Assembly (NCBI GenBank): GCA_029858285.1
Contig: JAOUFN010000012.1
Span: 3,470-67,469 of the forward strand
Length of the DNA: 64,000 nucleotides
Direction: 5' to 3'
Source of the DNA: Nitrospirota bacterium
GTDB taxonomy: Bacteria; Nitrospirota; JACRHL01
Shown here: piece after piece, positions 37,710-46,661 of the stretch
Layout: each line of letters opens with the position of its first letter
How positions within the stretch are numbered: the stretch's first letter is position 1
Notes under the pieces: model-generated
The model's input: the letters and a program-made list of their open reading frames with translations, nothing else
Told to the model about the DNA's origin: nothing
Database searches by the model: none
Made by a program: the position numbers and the translations under genes

Positions 37710-39132
37710 CGGCATCCGGTATCCGGCGCGCGGGGCGGGGGCGGGCAAGACGCCGGGAAATGGGCCGCTGCCGCTGGAACCGGCGCGGGAGATCCTCTCG
37801 GTCACCTCCTTGACCCGGCGCGTGAAGAGCCTGCTGGAAGGGCAGATCGGCGTGGTGTGGCTGACGGGGGAAGTGAGCGGCCTGCGCACCCCCCCTTCGG
37901 GTCACGTCTACCTGACCCTCAAGGACGCCCAGGCGCAGGTGCGCGCGGTCATCTGGGGGTCCACCGCCCGTTACCTGTCGCGGCTGCCCGCAGACGGCGA
38001 TCTGGTACTCTGCCGGGCCAGTCTGACGGTGTACGAACCACGGGGTGAATACCAGGTGGTGATCGAATACCTGGAACCGGCAGGACTGGGGGAACTCTAC
38101 CGACGGTTTGAGGAAATCCGCGCCCGACTGGCTGCGGAAGGCCTGTTCGACGCGGCCCGCAAGCGGCTCCTGCCACGGCTTCCGCGCCGCGTGGCGGTGG
38201 TCACCTCGGCGGACAGTGCGGCGCTGCGCGACGTGTTGTCGGTGCTGGGGCGGCGCGCCCGGCCCCTGCCGGTGCTGGTGGTGCCCTCCCTGGTGCAGGG
38301 CAAGGACGCCCCCCGCCAGTTGATCGCCGCCCTGGAGGCGGCGATCCGTGAGCCGCAGGTGGACGTGATTATCCTGGCCCGGGGCGGTGGCGCCCCCGAG
38401 GATCTGGCGGCATTCAACGACGAGGAACTGGCCCGCGCCGTGGCCGCAAGCCCGGTACCGGTGGTGGCGGGTGTCGGTCACGAATCCGACATCACGGTGT
38501 GCGATTTTGCCGCCGACCTGCGCGCCGCAACCCCCAGCGCCGCCGCCGAACTGGTCAGCATCGGCTGGTGGGAGTTGCCCCACGAGCTGACCCGCCTCAT
38601 CCGCCGGCTCGGGGCCGCCACCGGCGTCCATCTGGAGCGGCGGCGCCACCGTCTGGAGCGCGCCCGCGCCGGGCTGGCCGATCCCCGCGCACGGATGCGC
38701 CACCTGTTACAGCGTACCGACGACCTCACCCTGCATCTGGTGCGGGGGCTGCGTTTGCGGATGGTTCGGGCCGAGCGGCGGCACCACGATCTGGCCCTGC
38801 GGCTGGCGGCCGCCACTCCGGCGGCGGCGTTGCGAATGGGAAACCTGCGCGTGCATGCCGCCCGCGGCGGGCTGGCCCTGGCCGCCCGCCACATGCTGGA
38901 GGCGGCGCGGGCCCGGCTGTCCGGAACTGCGGCGCGGCTGGAAGGATTGTCACCCCTGGCGGTGCTGGCCCGGGGCTATGCCATTGTGCGCAAGGGAGAC
39001 GCCGTCCTCACCCGCGCCCACGATGCGGCACCCGGTGACGAGGTGGCCGTGCGGCTGCACCGGGGGGAACTGACATGCCGGGTGACCGAATCTCGACCCG
39101 ATCCCCGTCCCGAATCCCCCTTGGGGGAATAA
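37702..39132 (+). CDS. xseA: exodeoxyribonuclease VII large subunit
   Basis: OB-fold N-terminus (LSVTSLTRRVKSLLEGQIGVVWLTGEVSGL...HVYLTLKD), the catalytic core and a C-terminal helical tail. Confidence 0.85.
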   Translation: MSDGIRYPARGAGAGKTPGNGPLPLEPAREILSVTSLTRRVKSLLEGQIGVVWLTGEVSGLRTPPSGHVYLTLKDAQAQVRAVIWGSTARYLSRLPADGDLVLCRASLTVYEPRGEYQVVIEYLEPAGLGELYRRFEEIRARLAAEGLFDAARKRLLPRLPRRVAVVTSADSAALRDVLSVLGRRARPLPVLVVPSLVQGKDAPRQLIAALEAAIREPQVDVIILARGGGAPEDLAAFNDEELARAVAASPVPVVAGVGHESDITVCDFAADLRAATPSAAAELVSIGWWELPHELTRLIRRLGAATGVHLERRRHRLERARAGLADPRARMRHLLQRTDDLTLHLVRGLRLRMVRAERRHHDLALRLAAATPAAALRMGNLRVHAARGGLALAARHMLEAARARLSGTAARLEGLSPLAVLARGYAIVRKGDAVLTRAHDAAPGDEVAVRLHRGELTCRVTESRPDPRPESPLGE

Positions 39133-39168
39133 CCGACCCTTGATGGACGGTTGTCGTCCACCACCCGG

Positions 39169-40473
39169 TCAGTCGTCGAACGGGCTTCCCCCAGGGGGGG
39201 TTGAATAGATCAAGTCCCCCACTTCCACGAGAATCTTCTGGCGCACCAGAATTGCGGTGGAGGTTCGCTCCTGTACCGACAGCACCTGCACCAGCGCCGA
39301 CTCGCGTTCCGGCAGCCGGGGGCTGGTCCACATCCCCGGCACCTCCACCTTGCGGCCGCGGCGCACCACGGTAAATTCGTTGCCGGGCTTCAGCCCGTCC
39401 TCCGCGCCCAGGTCCAGATAGACAATCTGGCCGTTGCCCAGCAGATTCATTGAATCCCTGGAATCCAGGATAATCCCGATCAGCCCGTCGGGCGCCTTGC
39501 GCTCCAGCCCTACCACCGGCGGCACGTACGGCATCAGTTCATCACCGGGCTGGATGGTTTCGTAGGCGCGCTCGATACGGGCGTGAATCAATCCATTGGC
39601 GGTGGTGTCCAGCACCCGCGCCACACCCAGCACCCGCACCAGTTTTCCCAACGCTTCGTCAGTTACCGGGTGGACCACCACGTCCCCCCCGCGCGAGATG
39701 GTCAGCATGTCGCCCGGCTGGGCGGTGCGGTGGCGCTTCAGTTTGAGGAAAATCTCGTCGCCCCGGCCCATCACCTGGCGCGGCTCGTGCATCCCCACCA
39801 GGATACCAATCGGGCGGTACCTGGGCAGGATGAATCCCGCGCCTTCCACCACGAACGGGCTGATGGCACCCCGCTTGAACTTGGCCCGCACCAGCTTTTC
39901 CGGTGATCCCGTCTGATCGGGGCGCGGCCCCAGAGCCAACATCTGGGTTTCCTGGGGCTTGAAGTCGCGGGTCAACTCGTCTTCTTCGGCGTCCACCTGG
40001 CCCACATCCCCGGCAGAATCGCTGACCCGCACCTCGCCCTCGTCGGTCTCCACCACGCCGACGGCCCCCACCTGTATTTCGGGGGCGTCAATCAATTCCT
40101 GGATTTCAACCGGCAGCATCGCCACCGGAATGCGCACGATGTCGCCGGGGTAAATAAGGTCCGGATTCATGATCTGGCCGTTGTAGTCCCACACCTTGGG
40201 CCACATGAACGGATCGGTCAGATAGGCGTCGGAGATGGCCCACAGGGTGTCGCCACGCACCACGCCGTGGGATTTGCCGCGACGCCGCTCGCCGGAGACC
40301 TCTACCAGCATGGCGCTGGAACCGGTGTCGGACACCTCCGACACTTCCGGGATGTCCACGTCGTCCACCATGGACACCGGAGTCGCCGCCGGATGCGTGG
40401 TCGCGCACGCCGCCAGCAACACCGCCGCAACACCCGCCAGCAGCCGGGCAGGGAACAGTGGGGAACTCTTCAT
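39169..40473 (-). CDS. LysM domain-containing lipoprotein
   Basis: Internal ATG with an AACC lipobox-like LAAC signal (MKSSPLFPARLLAGVAAVLLAAC). LysM signature (GDTLWAISDAY...YPGDIVRIP). The large C-terminal domain was not identified. Confidence 0.6.
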   Translation of the reverse strand: MKSSPLFPARLLAGVAAVLLAACATTHPAATPVSMVDDVDIPEVSEVSDTGSSAMLVEVSGERRRGKSHGVVRGDTLWAISDAYLTDPFMWPKVWDYNGQIMNPDLIYPGDIVRIPVAMLPVEIQELIDAPEIQVGAVGVVETDEGEVRVSDSAGDVGQVDAEEDELTRDFKPQETQMLALGPRPDQTGSPEKLVRAKFKRGAISPFVVEGAGFILPRYRPIGILVGMHEPRQVMGRGDEIFLKLKRHRTAQPGDMLTISRGGDVVVHPVTDEALGKLVRVLGVARVLDTTANGLIHARIERAYETIQPGDELMPYVPPVVGLERKAPDGLIGIILDSRDSMNLLGNGQIVYLDLGAEDGLKPGNEFTVVRRGRKVEVPGMWTSPRLPERESALVQVLSVQERTSTAILVRQKILVEVGDLIYSTPPGGSPFDD

Positions 40474-40714
40474 GGTTCTCTTTCCACTCCAGATCGGTTT
40501 GTCGCCGGTGGCCCGCCGTCCGTGGCGGACCCTCTCCCGGGCCCTCGTAACCGCCCAAGCTACCTTATCGGCGCCACCGGTTGCCACCATAAAATAACCC
40601 GCCCCCGCGCAGGCGCCGGGGGAAACACAGCGTCCGCGGTTGTGGACGCCCCCCGAAATTGGCCCGGAGCGGGGCGCGGCTGGTAGAATCGAACTCCCCT
40701 TCTGGAGAGCGCGC

Positions 40715-41773
40715 ATGATTTACCGTCCCCTGGGCGATTCCGGCGTCCAGGTCAGCGCCCTGTGCCTTGGCACCATGACCTGGGGCGAACAGAACTCCGG
40801 GTCCGAGGCCCACGCCCAGCTCGACCTGGCCCTGGAGGCGGGCGTCAACTTCATCGACGCCGCCGAAATCTATCCGGTGCCCACCTGCGCCGAAACCAGC
40901 GGCGCCACCGAGCGCATCATCGGTAGCTGGCTGAAAAATACCCGGCGCGCGTCGGGAGCGGCGCGGGCAAAAATCGTCCTGGCCACCAAGGTGGCGGGCC
41001 GCGCCGACTGGCTGCCGTGGATCCGCGACGGCGCACCGCGGCTCAACCGCACTCATATGGAACAGGCCCTGAACGCCAGTTTGCAGCGGCTGGGCACCGA
41101 TTATGTGGATTTGTACCAGTTGCACTGGCCGGACCGGCACACCAATTTTTTCGGCGAACTGGGGTACGTCCACGACCCCGCCGACGTGCCGGTGCCCATT
41201 GAGGAAACCCTGCAAGTGCTGGGGGATTTCGTCACAGCGGGCAAGGTGCGCCACGTGGGGCTGTCCAACGAGACCGCGTGGGGCATGATGGCCTTCCTGC
41301 GCGCCGCCGGCCGCGCCGGGCTGCCGCGCGTGGTGGCGGTGCAGAACCCCTACAGCCTGCTCAACCGCAGCTTCGAGGTGGGCTGCGCCGAAGTCGCCAT
41401 GCGCGAACGGGTGGGGCTGCTGGCCTATTCCCCCCTTGGCTTTGGCACCCTTACCGGCAAGTATTTGCAGGCCCCGCCCAAGGGCGCGCGCCTGTCCCTG
41501 CCCGGCTTTGCGCGCTTCACCCGCTACACCGGCCCCGCCGGGCGCGCGGCCACGCAGGAGTACGTGCGCATCGCCCGCCAGCACGGTATTAGCCCAACTC
41601 ATATGGCCCTTGCCTACGTCTCTTCGCGCCCCTTCACCACCAGCACCATCATCGGGGCCACCACGCCGGAGCAGCTCAAGGACAACCTCGCCAGCGCACA
41701 GATCACCCTGTCCGCCGACATTCTGGAAGCAATCGATGCCGCCCATGCCCACCACCCCAACCCGTGTCCGTGA
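40715..41773 (+). CDS. NADP(H)-dependent aldo-keto reductase (Tas-like)
   Basis: Internal ATG with GGAGAG 5 nt upstream. MIYRPLGDSGVQVSALCLGTMTWG...IDAAEIY is the AKR signature; active-site Tyr/Lys/His are present. Confidence 0.8.
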   Translation: MIYRPLGDSGVQVSALCLGTMTWGEQNSGSEAHAQLDLALEAGVNFIDAAEIYPVPTCAETSGATERIIGSWLKNTRRASGAARAKIVLATKVAGRADWLPWIRDGAPRLNRTHMEQALNASLQRLGTDYVDLYQLHWPDRHTNFFGELGYVHDPADVPVPIEETLQVLGDFVTAGKVRHVGLSNETAWGMMAFLRAAGRAGLPRVVAVQNPYSLLNRSFEVGCAEVAMRERVGLLAYSPLGFGTLTGKYLQAPPKGARLSLPGFARFTRYTGPAGRAATQEYVRIARQHGISPTHMALAYVSSRPFTTSTIIGATTPEQLKDNLASAQITLSADILEAIDAAHAHHPNPCP

Positions 41774-41781
41774 GGGGCGGA

Positions 41782-41976
41782 ATGACGCACCCCTACCTAC
41801 CAGTAGGTAAGTTCCCCGCCGATACGGAGTGCGCCCGCTGTTTTCGCAGCGATGTTCCCCTGCGTCCCGACCCGGAGATCGACGAGGTGTGGTTCTGCGA
41901 GCCGTGCTGGCAGGAGCGCGAGCGCGTCACCCAGACCCACGCCTTCGGCTACGACAACGACATCGGGGAGGAATAG
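41782..41976 (+). CDS. small zinc-ribbon protein (CxxC-N17-CxxC), 64 aa
   Basis: The ATG lies 9 nt after the AKR stop, with GAGGGGCGGA upstream. GC content matches the host. No family recognised. Confidence 0.35.
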   Translation: MTHPYLPVGKFPADTECARCFRSDVPLRPDPEIDEVWFCEPCWQERERVTQTHAFGYDNDIGEE

Positions 41977-42021
41977 AGGGGGCCGGAGAGCCCCGGCGGG
42001 CGTTAACAGCGAGGGGGGGGC

Positions 42022-42447
42022 GTGTGGCAGATAGCGACACTGCCTGAGAAGAGGTGTGTCATGCCCAGAAGGTTAAGGGGGCGTGGTGCGGGACACCATT
42101 CTCTTAAATTGCCTGTCAATTCCGGTCATTCTTATGCGCCAATCCAACATTTTTTTGCTGACTTGGTCACAGAGGATGACGTTACGAAGGAACAGTACGG
42201 AGCAGTAGGCGGTAGGCCACAAGTTGTCTGGCCGAATGGGCTCTTGGCCTCCGCCGCTGTCGGGATTCTTATAAACATGGTGACGCCGTGGTTTGATGCG
42301 GGTCGGCGGTCCGAGTTTCTTGCCTACGATGGGAATAATCAGTCACTCAACAGACATTCATGGATGAACTCTCCGGGTCCGAAATCGTGTCGGAACTACC
42401 CTGACCATGAGGTGGGACTCCCCCATGCGCTTTGGATGGCCGGGTGA
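42022..42447 (+). pseudogene. orphan ORF in a ~400-bp low-GC (~50%) island; possible C-terminal remnant of a ThiF/MoeB/E1-like protein
   Basis: A sharp GC drop against the 68% background. The segment GRPQVVWPNGLLASAAVGILINMVTPWFDAG resembles the GxLxPxxGxIGSxQAxEAIK helix of E1-like enzymes. There is no N-terminal Rossmann half. Confidence 0.25.
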
Positions 42448-42485
42448 CGCCCGCCCTCACCCTAACCCTCCTCTCCCGACGCATA

Positions 42486-42665
42486 GGGAGCCCCCCCGAG
42501 CGCGGCAGGGCCGTGGCCTCCCGCCCGGGCCGTCGATACACTCGGGGCGAACGGCGCCAGCTTGAGAACCGGGTAGCCTCCCACGCCGGAAAAAAAGCGC
42601 GGCCAGACTCGCGATGAATCCGGGCCCCACTACATGTTTTACGCGAATACGCCTGGGGGGCTCCC
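42486..42665. repeat. GC-rich structured element bounded by inverted repeats (GGGAGCCCCCCC ... GGGGGGCTCCC) with nested palindromes and a central A7/T7 run; REP/MITE-like or structured RNA
   Basis: The inverted-repeat arms lie at 42486-42497 and 42655-42665. A nested inverted repeat CCCCGAG/CTCGGGG sits at 42494/42545. The A7 run is at 42590-42596. The element lies between convergent genes. Confidence 0.35.
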
Positions 42666-42697
42666 CCGCCGCGAATACCGCTGGCCGCCGGGCGAAC

Positions 42698-43327
42698 CTA
42701 GTCGTCCTGGTAGTAAGGGAGGATCTTGTCGTAGTTGACGTCCTCGGAGGTGGCGCCCCAGGGCTTTTTGCCGTAGAACAGCACCCCTTCGTCCATGATG
42801 TCGGTGAAGATGGCGCCGTGGAACTTCACCTTGCGCAGATCGGTGTGGATGAACGCCGTCTCGCGGATGGTGGAGCCTTCCAGAATCGCCCCCCGGAAGT
42901 TGGCGCCGGTGCAGTCGGTGCGCAAAAAGGTGGCGTTCTCGATCTCGGAATCGTACAGCACCGTGCCGAGCATCTTGGCATCGGTGAAATCCGCCCCCGG
43001 CATGCGGCAGACCATCAACTGTGCGCGGGACAGGTCGGCACCGGTAAAATTCACGTCCTTCATCAGGGCGCGCTGGAAAAAGGTGCGGCGGCAGATGGCG
43101 CCGGAAAAATCCACCCCTTCCGCCAGCACCTCCACCACGTAGGCGTCCGACAGGGTGGCGCCTTTCAGGCTGGTGCCTTTCAGGTTGGCGCGGGTCATGG
43201 TGGCGTGGGTAAAATCACAGCCCGACAGGTCCAGCCCCGACAGGTCGCAATACGACAGGTCGGCGTCGTAGAACGATTCGCCGGCGGCGATCATTTTTTC
43301 GACTTCTTCGCGTGTCAATGAAGCCAT
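42698..43327 (-). CDS. pentapeptide repeat-containing protein
   Basis: ATG with AAGGAG 6 nt upstream. Tandem A(D/N)LxG-type pentapeptides run throughout (ADLSYCDLSGLDLSGCDFTHATMTRANLKGTSLKGATLSDA...). Confidence 0.8.
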   Translation of the reverse strand: MASLTREEVEKMIAAGESFYDADLSYCDLSGLDLSGCDFTHATMTRANLKGTSLKGATLSDAYVVEVLAEGVDFSGAICRRTFFQRALMKDVNFTGADLSRAQLMVCRMPGADFTDAKMLGTVLYDSEIENATFLRTDCTGANFRGAILEGSTIRETAFIHTDLRKVKFHGAIFTDIMDEGVLFYGKKPWGATSEDVNYDKILPYYQDD

Positions 43328-43354
43328 TGTCTCTCCTTGCCCCCCCCCGGCTGC

Positions 43355-43396
43355 AAAAAAGAGAACGGCCCATGCCCGCGGGGAGCATGGGCCGTT
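43355..43396 (-). terminator. intrinsic terminator/attenuator downstream of korB (11-bp perfect stem AACGGCCCATG/CATGGGCCGTT + CUCUUUUUU)
   Basis: A perfect stem read directly from the sequence. The U6 tract on the minus strand is the plus-strand A6 at 43355-43360. It lies only ~28 nt upstream of the pentapeptide start codon. Confidence 0.65.
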
Positions 43397-43423
43397 CGTC
43401 GATCGATCGGCCGATGGCCGCCC

Positions 43424-44344
43424 TTACGGCTTGAAACGGTCGAAGATGGCGTTCCAGTCCGGGGTGTCGGTCACGTTGTAGTATTTCTGGACCTGCTTCA
43501 CCTTCTCGAAGAACACCGGCTTCTGCACCTTGTAGTACACGCCCACCGGCACCGGCGCATCGTCGCTGTGGTGGTGGTTGTACAGCTCGGCGGACTTGAG
43601 CATGGCCGTGGAGCGGTTGCCCAGGTCGGTGTGCTCGCCGGTCTCGTTGATGTCGTGAATGCGCGGACGGAAGTACGCGAAGGTGTCCACCTTGTTGTAG
43701 GTGGGGCACGGGGACAGGATGTTCACGTAGGAGAAGCCCTGGTGGGCCAGCGCCTCGTTGATCACCTTGCCCATGTGCTTGGCGTTCGCCGAGTAGGTCT
43801 GCGCCACGTAGGTGGCGCCGTAGGTGATCATCATTTCGATGGGGTTCATCGGCTCGTCCAGGTTGCCCAGGTCGCTGGCCAGGGTGCCGGGCAGGCCGGT
43901 GCGGGACAGCGGAGAGGTCTGGTTCTTGGTGAGCGCGAAGGTGCCGTTGTCCATGACGATCACGGTCATGTTCATGTTGCGGCGGGCCGCGTGCATGATG
44001 TGGCCGCCGCCGATGGCGAAGCAGTCACCGTCGCCGATGGTGACCACCACCGGCATCTCCGGACGCGCCAGGTGGGCGCCGATGGCCACCGGCACGGCGC
44101 GGCCGTGGCAGGAGTGGATGCCGAAGGAGTTCATCCACAGGGGCAGACGGCTGGAACAGCCGATGCCGGACACTGTGGTCACCGCGCTGGGGTCGTACTT
44201 CTGGTCGGCGTAGGCCTTGGCGAGGGCGCCCACCACACCGAAGTCGCCGCAGCCCGGGCACCAGGTCGGGGTGATGTCGCTGCGGTAGTCCTTCGCCTTG
44301 AGCGGCTCGGTGACATGAATATTTATGGTTGCTGGCAATGCCAT
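43424..44344 (-). CDS. korB: 2-oxoacid:ferredoxin oxidoreductase beta subunit (TPP-binding), KorB/OorB-like
   Basis: CPGCGDFG, GIGCSS and TIGDGDCFAIGGGH TPP/Fe-S motifs identify a ~34-kDa beta subunit. Confidence 0.85.
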   Translation of the reverse strand: MALPATINIHVTEPLKAKDYRSDITPTWCPGCGDFGVVGALAKAYADQKYDPSAVTTVSGIGCSSRLPLWMNSFGIHSCHGRAVPVAIGAHLARPEMPVVVTIGDGDCFAIGGGHIMHAARRNMNMTVIVMDNGTFALTKNQTSPLSRTGLPGTLASDLGNLDEPMNPIEMMITYGATYVAQTYSANAKHMGKVINEALAHQGFSYVNILSPCPTYNKVDTFAYFRPRIHDINETGEHTDLGNRSTAMLKSAELYNHHHSDDAPVPVGVYYKVQKPVFFEKVKQVQKYYNVTDTPDWNAIFDRFKP

Positions 44345-44393
44345 GCTGTTTCTCTCCTTAGTAATCCGGAGGGTTTTTTCTGTATCCGGAAAC

Positions 44394-46160
44394 CTAGTGA
44401 ATCGCGATGCGGGCCTTGGGGGCGTCTTCCTTCAGGAGAGCGAGAGCCATGTTCTCGATTTCCTTGGGGATCAGCGGCTCGCCACGGTAGGCGTTGAACT
44501 TGATGGGCACCACGTTGGTGCGCATCTTGATCAGGTCCGCGAACTGCCCCTGGTAGTTGGCCTCCGGCACCACGACTTTCTTCACGCTGCGGGCAAACGC
44601 CTCGATCTGCTTCTGCGGCATCGGCCACAGCATCTTCGGGTAGAGGGCGCTGACCTTGTGGCCCTGGGCACGCAGACGGGAAATCGCCTCGCGGGTGACC
44701 GACTGGGTCATACCCCAGCAGATGATGCCCAGGTCGTCGCCGTCCTCGCCTTCGCGCTCGATGGGCGTGTAGGCGTCTTCGATGCCGTCGAACTTGCGCC
44801 AGCGCTTCTCGGTCATCGCGTTACGCGTTTCCGTGTTGGTGCGCGGGCCGGAGTCCTCGGCGTGCTCCAGACCGGTGGCCGCGTAGTTGGTGCCCGGGAT
44901 GCCGGGGGCGCCCATGGGCGACACGCCCGAATCGGTGATCTGGTAGCGGTTGAATACCGACGGGTCGGGCTGGGGGGCGGCAAAATTGCGCTCGACCAGC
45001 TTGATCTTGCTCATATCCGGGCGGGGGATCGCCTCGGTCTGGATGGACAGGGAGGCGTCGGACAGCAGCATCACCGGCGACTGGTACTGCTCCGCCAGGT
45101 TCAGTGCGTCGATGGTCAGGTAGACGCAATCCTTCACGTCGGCAGCGGCCAGCACGATGCGCGGGGCATCGCCGTGGCTGCCCAGGGTGCAGGCGAACAG
45201 GTCGGACTGGTCGTGCTTGGTGGGCATGCCGGTGGAGGGGCCACCGCGCTGCACGTCGGCAACCACGATGGGCACCTCGGACATGATGGCCAGGCCGATC
45301 AGCTCCTGCATCAGCGAGATGCCGGGGCCGGCGGTGGCGGTGAGGGCCTTCTTGCCGGTGAAGCTGGCGCCGATTACGGTGGCCAGCGCGGAGATTTCGT
45401 CCTCGGTCTGATAGACCACGCCGCCGGTGTGGTGCATCAGGTCAACCAGGTGGTTGCCCACGCTGGTGGCCGGGGTGATCGGGTAGGCACCGTAGAACTT
45501 GGCACCGCCCATCACCGCACCCAAAGAGATGGCCTGGTTGCCCTCGAGGATGATGACGTCCTTCTGGCGGGTGGAAGCCGGGAAGGAGTGGGCCACCTTG
45601 CGGTTCGGGTAGTTGGTGCGGATCCATTCGCGGCCCAGTTCAATCGCCTTGTAGTTGAAGTCGACGATGTCCTGACCCTTTTTGATGAACTTGTCGTGGA
45701 TGGAGCTCTTCAGCGACTCCTCCGGCAGGCCGAACAGCTCGATCACCGCACCCATGGCAACCATGTTCTTGGCGATGTAGTTCTTGAGCTGGTTCTTGGC
45801 GATGTCGCTCATGGGCACCGCGAACACCTGCACGCCTTCGTGCTCTTCCGGCTCGAAGTCGCCGCCGTGGGGACCGTCCCACACCATGATGGTGCCGGGG
45901 ATCAGCAGGGGCTTGTTGACCTCGTAGGCCTCGCCGTTGAAAGCCACCAGAATGTTGAAGCCGTCACCCTGGGAGAGAATCTTCTCGTCGGAGATGCGCA
46001 CCTGGGAGAGGGCGTAGCCGCCCTTGATCTCGGCCGGAAAGCTCTTGAAGGTCATCACTTCCATGCCGGCCCGGGTTGCGGCCTGCATGATAAAGTCGCC
46101 AGAGCTGATGACGCCCTCGCCGCCCTCGCCAGCCACCTTGATTGTCAGATCAATCGCCAC
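44394..46160 (-). CDS. korA: 2-oxoacid:ferredoxin oxidoreductase alpha subunit (gamma-domain fused), KorA-like
   Basis: GTG start with GAGGAGG 5 nt upstream gives MAIDLTIKVAGEGGEGVISSGDF, the canonical KorA N-terminus. The upstream part of the ORF was rejected. Confidence 0.8.
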   Translation of the reverse strand: MAIDLTIKVAGEGGEGVISSGDFIMQAATRAGMEVMTFKSFPAEIKGGYALSQVRISDEKILSQGDGFNILVAFNGEAYEVNKPLLIPGTIMVWDGPHGGDFEPEEHEGVQVFAVPMSDIAKNQLKNYIAKNMVAMGAVIELFGLPEESLKSSIHDKFIKKGQDIVDFNYKAIELGREWIRTNYPNRKVAHSFPASTRQKDVIILEGNQAISLGAVMGGAKFYGAYPITPATSVGNHLVDLMHHTGGVVYQTEDEISALATVIGASFTGKKALTATAGPGISLMQELIGLAIMSEVPIVVADVQRGGPSTGMPTKHDQSDLFACTLGSHGDAPRIVLAAADVKDCVYLTIDALNLAEQYQSPVMLLSDASLSIQTEAIPRPDMSKIKLVERNFAAPQPDPSVFNRYQITDSGVSPMGAPGIPGTNYAATGLEHAEDSGPRTNTETRNAMTEKRWRKFDGIEDAYTPIEREGEDGDDLGIICWGMTQSVTREAISRLRAQGHKVSALYPKMLWPMPQKQIEAFARSVKKVVVPEANYQGQFADLIKMRTNVVPIKFNAYRGEPLIPKEIENMALALLKEDAPKARIAIH

Positions 46161-46600
46161 GAACACCTCCTCATACAATTGATGGACCCCGACCCGCAGG
46201 ATCAGGCTTCCGGCCTTTGGCCACACCGGCCCACCACTCGCGAACCGGCCCCGCTGCAACCTCGCCGGAGCCTGCAAATCCCGCCAACAGGCACCTTCCT
46301 TTAAGAACGTTGCCCAGTATAGAACAGAACTTTCGCCTGCGCTACAAGCGAATCCACCGCCCAACTCCGATTTTCGCGGACAGGAAACCGGGGCTGCAAC
46401 AGAGGCGGCGGCGGGACGCCGAAAGGCGCCCCGTCTTTACCCCCGAAACTCAACAAAGAGGCCTCGTCATACCAAATATTCGTTGACCAGCAATTCCCCC
46501 CTCTTCTATTCTGAGTCACGTTCACGATGCTCGGTGAAGGCCTGCAGCACGCCCGACAGCGGGCGCGTGTCCCTGTTTATGGTCTGTACTCGGTATATAG

Positions 46601-46610
46601 TGGTTAACCA
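46601..46610. promoter_or_regulatory. perfect 10-bp palindrome TGGTTAACCA next to a TATATA box in the korA/PFOR divergent intergenic region
   Basis: The motif is seen directly. It lies ~50-60 bp upstream of the PFOR ATG. Only AT-rich symmetric element of this kind in the 500-bp divergent region. Confidence 0.25.
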
Positions 46611-46661
46611 GTCACCATTTTCGTATGGTGCCGTCCTTCAGGTTCGGGAGGTCCTATTCTG

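Noticed and set aside
42570-42610. A7/T7 run as an intrinsic terminator for the pentapeptide gene or the low-GC ORF.
   Set aside because: No convincing GC stem lies directly adjacent to the run on either strand. It is noted only as part of the structured element.
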